A stretch of DNA of 64,000 nucleotides from Terriglobia bacterium. Its GTDB lineage: Bacteria; Acidobacteriota; Terriglobia; JAJPHL01; JAPKYU01. The notes beneath the pieces were generated by a model that did no database searches, was not told where the DNA came from, and worked only from the letters and a program-made list of their open reading frames with translations. The DNA is taken from assembly GCA_965223005.1 (NCBI GenBank), contig CBDCVK010000005.1, positions 192,001 through 256,000 on the forward strand, written 5' to 3'. This document shows positions 1-9,981 of this stretch, piece after piece. The translations under genes and the position numbers were made by a program. The stretch's first letter is position 1. The number at the start of each line of letters is the position of its first letter.

Positions 1-978
1 GATGGCCGCGCCATCCCGTTTGGAGTGGACCACTTTTTCCGCCTGCGCACGCTGATGAACAGATCCCCCGATTCGCGCGAATGGCAGCGGGAGGCGGACC
101 GCTATGGCATCAACACGCTGATGTTTTCCCTGGCCCGCTCCATTGGGATGGGCGGCCTGTCGCTGCGCCAGCTCTGTGACAGCCCGTCGTGGCGGCCTGT
201 CTACCTGGACGAGGTGGCCGTCGTGCTGCTTCGCAACCGCGAGGAAAACGCGCGCTGGTTGGAGCGCCTTGAAATCAACTGTGACCACGTCGAGCTCCAG
301 CCGCCCCGCACCAACAAGAAAGCGGAGTTGTTTGACTTCTATGCCAATGCTGCCGGGGTCTTCTACAGGCTGGGACGCTACGGCGCGGCCTTCGAGGCCG
401 TGGAGCGCGCCCACCAAATCTTCCCGCACGACCCCAACTTGTACCTGCTCCGGGCACAGCTTCTCGAAGCTGCCGACCGGCTTCCGGAAGCTAGGCAGCA
501 GTTGAGGGCATCGTTGGAACTGAGAGAAACCGAAGCAGGCTGGGCGGCACTGGGGCGGACGCACGCGCTCGAAGGGCAGTATCCGCGGTCCGCCCGAGCC
601 TTCCGGCGCGCGGCATTGCTTTCCTTCCACCCCTACTACCACTACCTAACTTTGGGGAAGCTCTACCTGGCTATGGATCAGGATAGCCAGGCGCTCGAAG
701 CCTTCGAGGACGCGGAACGTCTGAGTCCCTTTGGCAGCAGAACTGATGTGCCCGCAGCCGCTTTTCTGGCCCAAGTGGCCGCCGGTCGCGCCCAGGCCTG
801 GAGCAGGCTGGGCGACGGCACTCGCGCCCTGGCCTCCCAGGAAAGGGCTACTCGGCTCACACCCCAGGATCCTGTGCTCTGGTTGAAGCTGGCCGAGCTA
901 TACCAGGCGCTGGGCCGCGAGGAGAGTGCGCGCCAGGCGCGCGCACGCGCCGAGCAGCTCAACCAAAGCATCAAATGA
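1..978 (+). CDS. TPR-containing protein, 5'-partial (C-terminus of a probable membrane protein)
   Basis: Frame is open from base 1 (DGRAIPFG...); WRPVYLDEVAVVLLR is followed by several TPR-like helical repeats. Confidence 0.75.
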   Translation, partial: DGRAIPFGVDHFFRLRTLMNRSPDSREWQREADRYGINTLMFSLARSIGMGGLSLRQLCDSPSWRPVYLDEVAVVLLRNREENARWLERLEINCDHVELQPPRTNKKAELFDFYANAAGVFYRLGRYGAAFEAVERAHQIFPHDPNLYLLRAQLLEAADRLPEARQQLRASLELRETEAGWAALGRTHALEGQYPRSARAFRRAALLSFHPYYHYLTLGKLYLAMDQDSQALEAFEDAERLSPFGSRTDVPAAAFLAQVAAGRAQAWSRLGDGTRALASQERATRLTPQDPVLWLKLAELYQALGREESARQARARAEQLNQSIK

Positions 979-1013
979 TTTCCGTAAGTATCTGCTCTGC
1001 CTGGAAGTAGTAT

Positions 1014-2048
1014 TCAGGTAATGGAGCCGGCGCAGGAGGAGCCGCTGCCGGCCGTGCAGCCGTAGCAATGCATCCCGGTGAGGATGCGGCGGCCAGCCAG
1101 CTTCACCGGATCGAAGTCGCGGATGTGGCGAGGGTAGGCTTGCTGCAGGGGCAGCTCCAGCATCTGGTTGAAGTCGCAGTCGTAGAGAGTGCCATCCCAG
1201 CCCACCGAAAGCGTGAAGCGGCACATCACCCCGGCGGCAGCACCCGGGTTGTAGGCGTTGATCAGCCGCTGCATGTAGCCGACGTAGTTGCCGGTGCGCA
1301 GCAAGAACTCCAGGAAGCGGCTGATGGGCATGTTGGTGATGGTGTACAGGTTGTTGAAGACGACGCCGTGGCGCCGCTCCAGCTCCCGTTTGTAGTCGCC
1401 CTCCACTGCCTGCTGAGCCGGCGGCAGGTAGGCGCCCACAGGGTTGTAAACCAGGTTCAACTGCAGCTGCGGGTCGCGCCCGTAGCCCAGTGCGTTCAGC
1501 TTGCGCATCGCCTCCATCGACTTGTCGAACACGCCCACACCGCGCTGTGCGTCGGTCCGCTCAGCCAGGAAATAGGGCAGGCTGGCGATCACCTCCACCT
1601 CGTTGTTAGCAAGGAACTCAGCCAGGCCCTCCTGCGAGGGCAGCAGCAGCACCGTCAGGTTGCAACGGTCTATGACGTGGCGCCCCAGCACCCGGGCCTG
1701 CTGGACCAACCAGCGGAAGTCAGGATTCAATTCCGGGGCGCCGCCGGTGATGTCCACGGTGGGAATGTCGGTGCCCTCCAGCGCCGCCACGCACAACTCC
1801 ATGGTCTGGCGCGTCATCACCTCGCGCCGGTCCGGCCCCGCGTCCACGTGGCAGTGCTTGCAGGTCTGGTTGCAAAGCTTGCCCACGTTGATCTGGAAGA
1901 CGGTGATTCCGGTGGCGGTCAGTGGGGCCAGGCCGGAGCTTGCCAGGGACGCCTCGAAGGGCTGCAGCCCATTCGGGGTGTTGAGAACGCGCAGTTGCTC
2001 CTGCGCGGAAGCCAGCGCGTCGCCCTGCGCGTGTAAGCTCAGACCCAT
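1014..2048 (-). CDS. arsS: Radical SAM/Cys-rich protein, ArsS-like (arsenosugar biosynthesis family)
   Basis: CNQTCKHC radical SAM motif, DITGGAPE, YDCDFNQML, C-terminal HCYGCTAGSGSSC. Confidence 0.8.
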   Translation of the reverse strand: MGLSLHAQGDALASAQEQLRVLNTPNGLQPFEASLASSGLAPLTATGITVFQINVGKLCNQTCKHCHVDAGPDRREVMTRQTMELCVAALEGTDIPTVDITGGAPELNPDFRWLVQQARVLGRHVIDRCNLTVLLLPSQEGLAEFLANNEVEVIASLPYFLAERTDAQRGVGVFDKSMEAMRKLNALGYGRDPQLQLNLVYNPVGAYLPPAQQAVEGDYKRELERRHGVVFNNLYTITNMPISRFLEFLLRTGNYVGYMQRLINAYNPGAAAGVMCRFTLSVGWDGTLYDCDFNQMLELPLQQAYPRHIRDFDPVKLAGRRILTGMHCYGCTAGSGSSCAGSIT

Positions 2049-2139
2049 AGCCCAGGCCCCCTTCCTCTGCTGAGATTAGCGCAATCCCAAAAGGGATGCA
2101 TTCTTTTCTTGCGCAGGCGCCGCATTTCCATCTCCCCGC

Positions 2140-2168
2140 TTGACGAACGCTGGTGTCTCACACACAAT
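2140..2168 (+). promoter_or_regulatory. Putative sigma70 promoter of the cyclase operon
   Basis: TTGACG-17 bp-CACAAT upstream of ATG 2208. Confidence 0.5.
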
Positions 2169-2207
2169 CAGGGCGTTGTTCCCTCCGACAGCACTGCAGG
2201 GGCCTTC

Positions 2208-4229
2208 ATGGCCAAGCTGAAGATCCAGGAGCTACACCCAACCGCGTTCGCCGCGATGCTGGGCGGCGCTGTGGCCGTGCTGTTTTGCGTCCTGCACCTT
2301 ACGGACGCCCTGATGCCGCTCGAGCGTACAGCCTACGACTGGCGCTTCCGCCAGCTGGCCCGGCCCGAATTAGCAAGCAAGGATGTGGTCATCATCGCGT
2401 TGGACAATGTGAGCTTCGAGTCGCCAGAGATGCTCAAGAATTTCGGTCGCTGGCCCTGGCGCCGCAGGCTATACCCGCAACTGCTGTGGTACCTGCGACA
2501 GGCCCAGGCCCGGGCCATCGCCATTGACGTGACCTTTGCCGGAGCAGACGCTCACGAGGGTGACGACGAGCTATTCGCCCAATTTCTCGGTGAGCGGGAC
2601 GATACCGTATTGGCCTTCTCCTTTACGCGTCTTCAAAATACCGAAGCAGCGAAACACCCCGATCTACAGCCGAACGAATGGAGTGTGGCAAACGCGGCTT
2701 GCGGACCGGCAATGGAATACACGGGACTGGAGATTTCTCTCACTAAGTTGAACCAGAAGGCGCGCGGTCTGGGGTGCATCACCGTGAGGCCAGACGCCGA
2801 CGGCGTCTTGCGCCGGGCATCACTATTGTTCCGCTATGGGGACGCTCATTACCCTGCACTCGCGCTGGCTGTGGCTGCCCCATTTCTGGATTCCCCGCCG
2901 AACCCATTGCACGACCGGCGGGCAGAATTCCTCTGCGGCGGCCCGCTCCGCTCCGGGAAGCTCCGACTCGGCACGCTCGAAATTCCCGTCGAACAGCCGA
3001 ACGGTAAGGCGCTAGTGTACTGGTATGGCCCCGAAAACACCTTTCGGCATTACCCGGTGTACCAGATTTTCAATTCTGCTCTGGCGCTCGATCAGGGGGC
3101 GCCGCCGGCGGTGGCGCTGTCGGAATTCAACGACCGGATTGTACTTATCGGGCCGACGGCGATCAGCCTAGCCGATTTCCGCCCGTCACCCTTCTCGCCG
3201 AATCTGCCTGGAGTGGAATACCACGCCACACTAATCAGTAATCTGCTCCAAGGGCATTTCGTCCGTCCGGCGGGAGACGCCTGGGCTATGCTGGCCATCG
3301 TGCTGTTGTCGCTGGGGACTTCACTTGCCGTGTGGCGCTTCACCGACTGGCGTGCCTATACGGCGGCAGCGGTGGGGCTGGCCCTTGGCTTCCTGGCTCT
3401 CAACTTCCTGTTGTTCCACGCGGCACGTGTCTCGCTGGTGCTGGTTGCTCCGCTGGCCGCGGCGGCCATCACCTACGGCACCGGCAACCTGACCCGCTAC
3501 GTCACCGAGGGCCGCGAGAAGAAGCGCTACCGCTCGACCCTGATGAAATATGTGTCTCCGCAGATTGTCGAGGCCATGACGGCGGATCGCCGCCTGGCCG
3601 AGCTGCACAACGAAAAGCGTGACCTGACCGTGCTATTCTCTGACGTCCGTGGCTTTACCACCATGTCGGAAAAGATCCCGGTGGACCAGCTGGTGGCCAC
3701 GCTGAACGAGTTCCTCAACGCCATGGTCGAGGTCATTTTCCGCAACCAGGGCACGCTGGGCAAGTTTGTCGGTGACTGCGTGATGGCCTTCTGGGGCGCG
3801 CCACTGCGGCTGGAGAACCACGCCGAGCTTGCGGCGCGCACGGCGTTGCAGATGCAGGCCGCGCTGGAACAACTCAACCAGCGCTGGAAACAGCAGGGCC
3901 GTCCGGAATTGAAGATCGGCGTCGGCATCAACGGCGGCGAGATGATCTTTGGGAATATCGGCTCCGAGCGGCGCATGGACTTCACCGTTATCGGGGATAA
4001 TGTTAATCTGGCGGCACGGCTGGAGAGCGTGACCAAGGAGCTGAAGGCTTCCATCGTGATCAGCGACGCCACCTACCAGCGCATCGCGGACGTGGCCGAG
4101 GTGCGCGATCTGGGAACCATCCATGTGAAAGGCAAGGACGTGCCCATCCACGTCTACGAGCTGCTTGGGATGGCGGGAACGGCACAGAAGGAGAAGGAGG
4201 CATATGCAAGTGCGCAAACTTCCCTCTAG
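2208..4229 (+). CDS. CHASE2-domain class III adenylate cyclase
   Basis: N-terminal TM, GRWPW, DADGVLRR, PGVEYHA (CHASE2), 3 TMs, FSDVRGFT / KFVGD / DFTVIGDNVNLAARLE catalytic motifs. Confidence 0.92.
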   Translation: MAKLKIQELHPTAFAAMLGGAVAVLFCVLHLTDALMPLERTAYDWRFRQLARPELASKDVVIIALDNVSFESPEMLKNFGRWPWRRRLYPQLLWYLRQAQARAIAIDVTFAGADAHEGDDELFAQFLGERDDTVLAFSFTRLQNTEAAKHPDLQPNEWSVANAACGPAMEYTGLEISLTKLNQKARGLGCITVRPDADGVLRRASLLFRYGDAHYPALALAVAAPFLDSPPNPLHDRRAEFLCGGPLRSGKLRLGTLEIPVEQPNGKALVYWYGPENTFRHYPVYQIFNSALALDQGAPPAVALSEFNDRIVLIGPTAISLADFRPSPFSPNLPGVEYHATLISNLLQGHFVRPAGDAWAMLAIVLLSLGTSLAVWRFTDWRAYTAAAVGLALGFLALNFLLFHAARVSLVLVAPLAAAAITYGTGNLTRYVTEGREKKRYRSTLMKYVSPQIVEAMTADRRLAELHNEKRDLTVLFSDVRGFTTMSEKIPVDQLVATLNEFLNAMVEVIFRNQGTLGKFVGDCVMAFWGAPLRLENHAELAARTALQMQAALEQLNQRWKQQGRPELKIGVGINGGEMIFGNIGSERRMDFTVIGDNVNLAARLESVTKELKASIVISDATYQRIADVAEVRDLGTIHVKGKDVPIHVYELLGMAGTAQKEKEAYASAQTSL

Positions 4230-4578
4230 GACAGGCTTGGTCCTGGCTTGTATCCTGAGTTTCGCTGTCGCTACGGCTGCCGTTCTAGCCCAGCAGCAGA
4301 AGGGGAAAAAAGAACAGGGACAGAAGGAAGAAAAAAAAGGCGGCGGTCTGTTCGCTGGATTCACAAAAGCTACCGAAAGAGGCGAGCAAAGAGAGGCCAC
4401 TGTGTCGGCCGGCGCCAAGGGCGTGGGCGAAGGCAAAGAAATCGGCAAGTCGCCGGTGAGCTCTGACGCCCGTACTCGGGTCGCAGCTATGGAAGCGGCC
4501 AAGCCCAGCGAGGAAGAAATGGAGGCCTTCCTCAAGGAAGGCAATCTTTCTCCACCGAGCAAAGGAGGGAGCTCATGA
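4204..4578 (+). CDS. Small secreted protein of unknown function
   Basis: AAGGAGG RBS at 4194-4200; signal peptide ending VLA-Q; overlaps both neighbours. Confidence 0.75.
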   Translation: MQVRKLPSRTGLVLACILSFAVATAAVLAQQQKGKKEQGQKEEKKGGGLFAGFTKATERGEQREATVSAGAKGVGEGKEIGKSPVSSDARTRVAAMEAAKPSEEEMEAFLKEGNLSPPSKGGSS

Positions 4579-5462
4579 AGCGGCAAACAAGGACGGCTGT
4601 GATCGCGCTGCTTGGATGCTTGTTGGGCGCGTCCGCAGTGCCCGCCTGGACCCAGTTCGGAAAAATTCCCATCCCCGGTAGAGCCGGGAAAGTGGCACAG
4701 CAGGCCAAGACCCTGTCCGAGATGGAGATCACCACCGAACAGGAAGTGGCGATGGGCCGTGAGGTCGCAGCCAAAATGATCGCTTACTTCAAGGTGTTCG
4801 AAAACAAACAGGCCGCCGCCTACGTGCGCAAGGTGGGCCAGGCGGTCGCCCAGCAGAGCGAGCGTCAGGACGTCTCTTACCACTTCGAGGTACTCGACAC
4901 CGACGCAGTCAACGCCTTTGCTACCCCTGGCGGCTTCATCTTTGTGACCCGGGGCCTGCTGGAAAACCTCAAAACGGAAGCGGAGCTGGCCGGCGTCCTG
5001 GGGCATGAAGTGGGACACGTGGCCGGTAAACATATCGTGCGGGAAATCCAGCGAGGTAAGGCGATCAAGGTGGGCGCCGACGTCGCACAGGAATTTACCG
5101 AAGGCAGCCAGTTCCTGGAGGACTTGGCGCGGCAAATCCTGATCCGCCTGATTGACCGCGGCCTCAGCCCTAAGGATGAACACGACGCCGACCGTCGCGG
5201 AGTCAACTATGCCCACGCGGCCGGCTATAGGCCCGACGGGCTGAAAAGCTTCCTGGAAACCTTGCAGGAAGTTACCGCCCGATCAAAACCGAAGACATCG
5301 TGGCTGAACAGGACACATCCGAAGCTCAAGGACCGGATCAAGCGAGTGGAGAAACAGATCGCTAAGCAGAAATTGGAAATGGATGGCCGGCCCGACAACT
5401 TCGATCGCTACCAGACCACGATGAAGAAAGCTGCCGGCCAACTGGAGACTGCGGGCCAATAG
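4575..5462 (+). CDS. Exported M48-family zinc metalloprotease (BepA/LoiP-like)
   Basis: Signal peptide, VNAFATPGG, HEVGH, EHDAD, THP; ATGA overlap and AGGAGG RBS. Confidence 0.9.
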   Translation: MKRQTRTAVIALLGCLLGASAVPAWTQFGKIPIPGRAGKVAQQAKTLSEMEITTEQEVAMGREVAAKMIAYFKVFENKQAAAYVRKVGQAVAQQSERQDVSYHFEVLDTDAVNAFATPGGFIFVTRGLLENLKTEAELAGVLGHEVGHVAGKHIVREIQRGKAIKVGADVAQEFTEGSQFLEDLARQILIRLIDRGLSPKDEHDADRRGVNYAHAAGYRPDGLKSFLETLQEVTARSKPKTSWLNRTHPKLKDRIKRVEKQIAKQKLEMDGRPDNFDRYQTTMKKAAGQLETAGQ

Positions 5463-5478
5463 CCGGCCCGTCGCCAAG

Positions 5479-6930
5479 TCAGGCCGCAACCGGGGGCAGG
5501 CGCGCCGCCCAGGGCCGCGCCTGCTCCAACTGCGCTGCCAGGCGGAACAGCGTGGCTTCGTCCCCATAGCGACCGACGAACTGCACTCCCAGCGGCAGTC
5601 CCTCCCGATTCCAGAACAGCGGAACCGACATGGCCGGCTGTCCGGTAATGTTGGCGAGCGCCGTGAAGGGCACGAACTCCACGGCGCGCCAGAATCCCTT
5701 CAAGGGCTCCTCCGGCGTGGCATCGAAGCTGCCCAGCGGCACGGGCGCCTCGGTGAGGGCCGCGGTGAGCCAAACGTCGTAAGGTGCCAGAAACCCGGTG
5801 ATCTCGCGGGCGAAGCGCCGTAGCACCTGCCAAGCCGACAGGTAGTCAACCGCGCTGTGGCGGCGTCCCATTTCATACAACGCCCAGGTCAGCGTCTCGT
5901 ATTGGTCCGGCCTGGGTGACCGGCCAGTGACCCGCGCCGTTCCCTCAACAGTGTTTGCACACCCGGCGGCCCACAGGGTCAGGAATGCCTTCGTCAGTAA
6001 TTCCCCATCCAGTGACGGCGCCACCTCGACCAGCTCGTGGCCTAGGGCGGCACACAATTCTGCCGCGTCCTGCAACGCGCTGACGGCATCCTCGCGGAGC
6101 GGGCCTCCGATCAATGCCACCTTGGAAAACGCAATGCGGAGCCGCCCGGGGTCGGCCCTTACCTCCTGGAGGAAGGGACGGGCCGGGGCGGGTGCCCAGT
6201 AGGGGTCGCCCGCAGCTGGCCCGGAGATGGCATCCAGCAGCGCGGCGCTGTCGCGAACCGAGCGCGTGATGGCATGCTCGACGACCAGACCGCCCAGGAT
6301 GTCGCCAATATCCGGACCCAGCGGAACGCGCCCACGGGTCGGCTTCATTCCGAAGACGCCACAGCAGGCGGCGGGAATGCGGATGGAGCCACCGCCGTCA
6401 TTGGCGTGCGCCATGGGCACCATCGCCGCCGCCACCGCTGCCGCCGAGCCGCCGCTGGAGCCGCCCGGGGTCCGCGACGTGTCCCAGGGGTTGCGGGTTG
6501 GGCCAAACAAGCGAGGCTCGGTGGTAGGCAGTAGGCCGAACTCGCACGTGTTGGTCTTGCCCAGGATCATCAGGCCGGCGCCCTTCAATCGGGACACCAG
6601 CTCGCTGTCATGATCCGGAATGAAGTCTCGCAGGGCGCTCGCGCCCGAGGTCATCCGCACGCCGGCATAGGAAGCCAGCAGGTCTTTCAGCAGGAAGGGC
6701 ACGCCGGTGAATGGACCCGCAGGTGGCCCGGCGCGGGCGGAGGCGCGCGCCTGTTCGTACATCGTTGTCACCACTGCGTTTAGTGTTAGGTTCAGCCGCT
6801 CGATCCTCTCGATGGCCGCTTCCACCAGCTCGATCGGCTGCACCTCGCGGCGCCGCACCAGCTCCGCCTGCGCCGTCGCATCCAGAAGGACCGCGGCTTT
6901 CAGATTGTCCAGCTTGCTCAGCTTGCTCAT
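5479..6930 (-). CDS. Amidase signature family enzyme
   Basis: [36 protein letters not shown]. Confidence 0.92.
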   Translation of the reverse strand: MSKLSKLDNLKAAVLLDATAQAELVRRREVQPIELVEAAIERIERLNLTLNAVVTTMYEQARASARAGPPAGPFTGVPFLLKDLLASYAGVRMTSGASALRDFIPDHDSELVSRLKGAGLMILGKTNTCEFGLLPTTEPRLFGPTRNPWDTSRTPGGSSGGSAAAVAAAMVPMAHANDGGGSIRIPAACCGVFGMKPTRGRVPLGPDIGDILGGLVVEHAITRSVRDSAALLDAISGPAAGDPYWAPAPARPFLQEVRADPGRLRIAFSKVALIGGPLREDAVSALQDAAELCAALGHELVEVAPSLDGELLTKAFLTLWAAGCANTVEGTARVTGRSPRPDQYETLTWALYEMGRRHSAVDYLSAWQVLRRFAREITGFLAPYDVWLTAALTEAPVPLGSFDATPEEPLKGFWRAVEFVPFTALANITGQPAMSVPLFWNREGLPLGVQFVGRYGDEATLFRLAAQLEQARPWAARLPPVAA

Positions 6931-6997
6931 CCAGACCAATTCTAGCCTCCCTCTATAGAGAGGCGCTCAATTTCTCCCGGGAGGCAACGCGGGAACG

Positions 6998-7051
6998 CTT
7001 GCCGATCTTGCCGACATTGCCGGTCTCGCCGATCTCGCCCATCTTGCCCCT
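6998..7051. repeat. Six degenerate 9-bp tandem repeats (CTTGCCGAT-like)
   Basis: cttgccgat cttgccgac attgccggt ctcgccgat ctcgcccat cttgcccct. Confidence 0.7.
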
Positions 7052-7172
7052 TTTTGACGGCCGATGGCGACGCGCCGTATCACTTGTTCCCCATCTCTTC
7101 TTGGCCCTGGCATGCGGGCCGGCGCTACCCCGGCCGGTCCGCACCTGACCCTAGAGATGGCGGACAACAAGA

Positions 7173-8234
7173 GTGCAGACCAAGCTGATCATCGTGGACG
7201 CGGGACACGGGCAGAGCAACCGGCGGCCGGGTGTGTTCGACCCGGGCGCAGTGCGCTACAGCCGCAACGGCCATGGCCCGGACCAAATCGCGGCGACCGA
7301 GGCCGACTTTGCGCTTCGCTACACGATCGCACTGGACGACGCGCTGCGCGCCCGCGGCTTTGCCACCCTGCTGACGCGCCCCGACAGATCCACCTCTTGC
7401 AGCCTCCGGCAGCGTGTGAGGCTGGCGCAGGAGAACCAGGCTGCACTGCTACTCAGCCTGCACCTGAACGCCGCCCCTCGCCAGCCCGCAAGCGGCCGCT
7501 CAGCGCGGGGACACGAGGTCCTCTACCGGACCCGCAACGGCCGCACCTTTGCCGAAGCCGTCTCGGCCGCTCTGGGTCGACACATTGTGTCCCACGGCCC
7601 CGGCATCGTGCGCCGCCCACGTCTCCACGTGCTGCGCTATGACCCGTCGGTGCTGGTCGCTCACCCGACCCTCTGGGACCTGCTGCTGGGCCTGCTGGAT
7701 AAGGGCGAGGTGGTGTTGAACGACAACACCCGCACCGACTTCCGCAAGACCCTGGTCTTCCTCACCGGCAATGCCGGCGGGCGCGATGTGGCCCAAGCGC
7801 TCTCGGGAGGGATCGGCTTTGCCCCCGACCGCGGCAGTGGAAGCTTCAGCCGCATAGCCGTGCGCAGCGCCGAGCGGGTGTTCTCACCGGAGTTCCGCAA
7901 CCGACTCACAGCCACTCTCGCCTACCAGCCTCTCAGCTGGGAGGAGTTGCTGCGCGTCTGCCGCCTGGAACTGGCCCGGCTGGCGGCACGCCTGCGCGCT
8001 CGCGAGCCCGATTGGGTGGCCCTGCAGTACGAGGCCGCAGCCGTGGAACAGATTGCGCGCCAGGGTTACGAGGCCAAATTCGGCGCCCGGCACATCCGGC
8101 GCGCGATCGAGCGGATGGTGGAAGAGCCGCTGGCCAACCTGCTGGCTTCGGGCGCGATCGGGCCCGAGGACTCCATCGTCATCTGCGCTGGCAGTCATCC
8201 GGTCGAGGGCCTGCGCTTTCGGAGGAAACAATGA
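7173..8234 (+). pseudogene. Chimeric ORF: truncated N-acetylmuramoyl-L-alanine amidase (Amidase_3) fused to the C-terminal part of a ClpB-D2-type AAA+ ATPase
   Basis: IIVDAGHG, LSLHLNA and GHEVLY, then an abrupt switch at PSVLV|AHPTLWDLLL (7658/7659) to FSPEFRNRL...GARHIRRAIE; no Walker A/B. Confidence 0.7.
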
Positions 8235-8896
8235 GCGCCCTGCACCGCGCCCTGCTGGCAGGCTTGCTGCTGATCGCCTGCGCCGTGGGCCTCCAGGTGA
8301 GCTTCCTGCTGGCCCAGGCGGGAACCATCTTGAGTGACATGCACCGGCAGAGCCACCTCGCCCTGTTCAGCATCAACCAGACCCTGGAGCTGGTCCGCCA
8401 GGCGACCCGCGAGCAGCGCACCTACTACAAAGCCACCGGCAAGGCGCTGGCCCTCACCACCATCCACCTGGGTCGTCTGGTAAAGCACACCGACGCCCGG
8501 CTCGACCGCACCGAAGCCCGCCTGGCCCACCTGACGGCCAATATGGACAAGCGCTCCGAGCAAGTCAGCCAGGCTGCCAGCCGCGCTCTGGACAATTTCA
8601 GCGTGGCCGCCTTAACTCTCGCCGGCCAGACCGACACGCTGGGCCACCAGGCTAACCTGCTGCTGGCCGCCAGCCGCGGAGCGGTGGAGAACCTGGAGCG
8701 GCTGGCGGGGAGCCCGGCCCTGGTGCGCTCGACCGAGAACCTAGAGCGCTCCACCGCGCATTTGGAGAAGACCACGGCCGCCACCGCCGAGGCCGCCGGC
8801 CACGTCCGCGACATGCTCTCGCCCCGGAAAAAAAGTTTCTGGCGCCGCCTGCTCGGCCTGCTGATTCCCCGCCCCTCCATCCCGGTCGTGAAGTAA
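8231..8896 (+). CDS. Membrane-anchored coiled-coil protein (possibly phage-derived)
   Basis: GGAGG RBS at 8221, ATGA overlap, N-terminal TM, long helical region, amphipathic tail SFWRRLLGLL. Confidence 0.65.
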   Translation: MSALHRALLAGLLLIACAVGLQVSFLLAQAGTILSDMHRQSHLALFSINQTLELVRQATREQRTYYKATGKALALTTIHLGRLVKHTDARLDRTEARLAHLTANMDKRSEQVSQAASRALDNFSVAALTLAGQTDTLGHQANLLLAASRGAVENLERLAGSPALVRSTENLERSTAHLEKTTAATAEAAGHVRDMLSPRKKSFWRRLLGLLIPRPSIPVVK

Positions 8897-8976
8897 CTCC
8901 GAGTGAACCGAGCAAGCTGCTCCACGCACCCATAGCCCGGGGGTGATCCGTCTGGGGAAAGACCTGTTGTGTTGGA

Positions 8977-9819
8977 TTAGCGGAGGACGTTGAGGGAGCC
9001 CTGGCGGTAGCCTTCCAGGTCCAGGGTCACGAACTGAAAGCCCAGCTCTTTGAAGATGCGGGTGAACTCGCGGGCCATTGCCGGGGTGAGCGCGCGGGGC
9101 AACTCCTCTTCGGCAATCTCCAGCCGCACCATTTCGTCATGGAAGCGGACACGATACTGCCGGAATCCCAACGCGCGAAGCGCCTCTTCGCCGGCCTCCA
9201 CGCGGCTCAGGTTTTCCCGAGTTACCGGCGTGCCATAAGGGATGCGGGAAGACAGGCAGGCTGAGGCGGGGCGGTCCCAGGTGGGAAGTCCGGCGCGCTG
9301 CGACAACTCGCGGATCTCGGCCTTGCTGAGTCCGGCGTCCAGCAGCGGCGAGAGCACGCTGTGCTTTTGGGCCGCGCCATGGCCGGGCCGGAAGTCTCCG
9401 GTGTCGTCCTTGTTGATTCCGTAGCAGACAGAAGCAAACCCGCGCTCGGCGGCGATTTCGCCCAGGCAGGTGAACAGCTCGTCCTTGCAGTGGAAGCAGC
9501 GGTTGGCATCGTTTCGGACGTAGAGGGGGTTGTCGAACTCCTCGGTGGCAACCACCTCGTGGCGGATGCCGAAGCGCTGGGCGAACTCCACAGCATCCTG
9601 GAGGTGGCTGCGGGGCATGCTCGGGCTGTCGGCGGTGACTGCCAGCGCGCTGTTGCCGACGGCCTGGCGGGCGGCCCAAGCCAGGTAGGCGGAGTCGGTA
9701 CCACCGGAGAAAGCCACAATCGTGGACTGGAGCACCCGCAACGATTCCAAAAGCGCCCGCTGCTTGGTCAATAGCGCCTGCTGCTTGGTCTCCAGTTCCG
9801 TCTGCGCCACCTGACTCAT
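8977..9819 (-). CDS. larE: ATP-dependent sulfur transferase LarE family
   Basis: SGGTDS PP-loop, RCFHCK, DFRPG, ACLSSRIPYG, DLEGYRQGS. Confidence 0.9.
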   Translation of the reverse strand: MSQVAQTELETKQQALLTKQRALLESLRVLQSTIVAFSGGTDSAYLAWAARQAVGNSALAVTADSPSMPRSHLQDAVEFAQRFGIRHEVVATEEFDNPLYVRNDANRCFHCKDELFTCLGEIAAERGFASVCYGINKDDTGDFRPGHGAAQKHSVLSPLLDAGLSKAEIRELSQRAGLPTWDRPASACLSSRIPYGTPVTRENLSRVEAGEEALRALGFRQYRVRFHDEMVRLEIAEEELPRALTPAMAREFTRIFKELGFQFVTLDLEGYRQGSLNVLR

Positions 9820-9981
9820 CCACGCCATTATACCCGACCGCAGCCCGAAAAACCGTAAGAAGCCATTCGCGCAGCGCCCGCCGGCCGGAGCAGAGTTGGC
9901 GGACACTGGCGGCACGGATCGCGAAGCGCCTCACTCAGGAAAGACCGCTCTCAGCGGCCTGCGGCAAAGTATACTTCGGCT

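Noticed and set aside
1014-1060. Selenocysteine at the ArsS C-terminus
   Set aside because: The codon is TGC (Cys); the TGA occurs only after AGSIT
3633-5216. Long antisense ORFs (also 16140-17600, 39828-41396, 48831-50396, 60649-61827)
   Set aside because: Shadow frames of well-supported genes in GC-rich DNA, with no recognisable motifs
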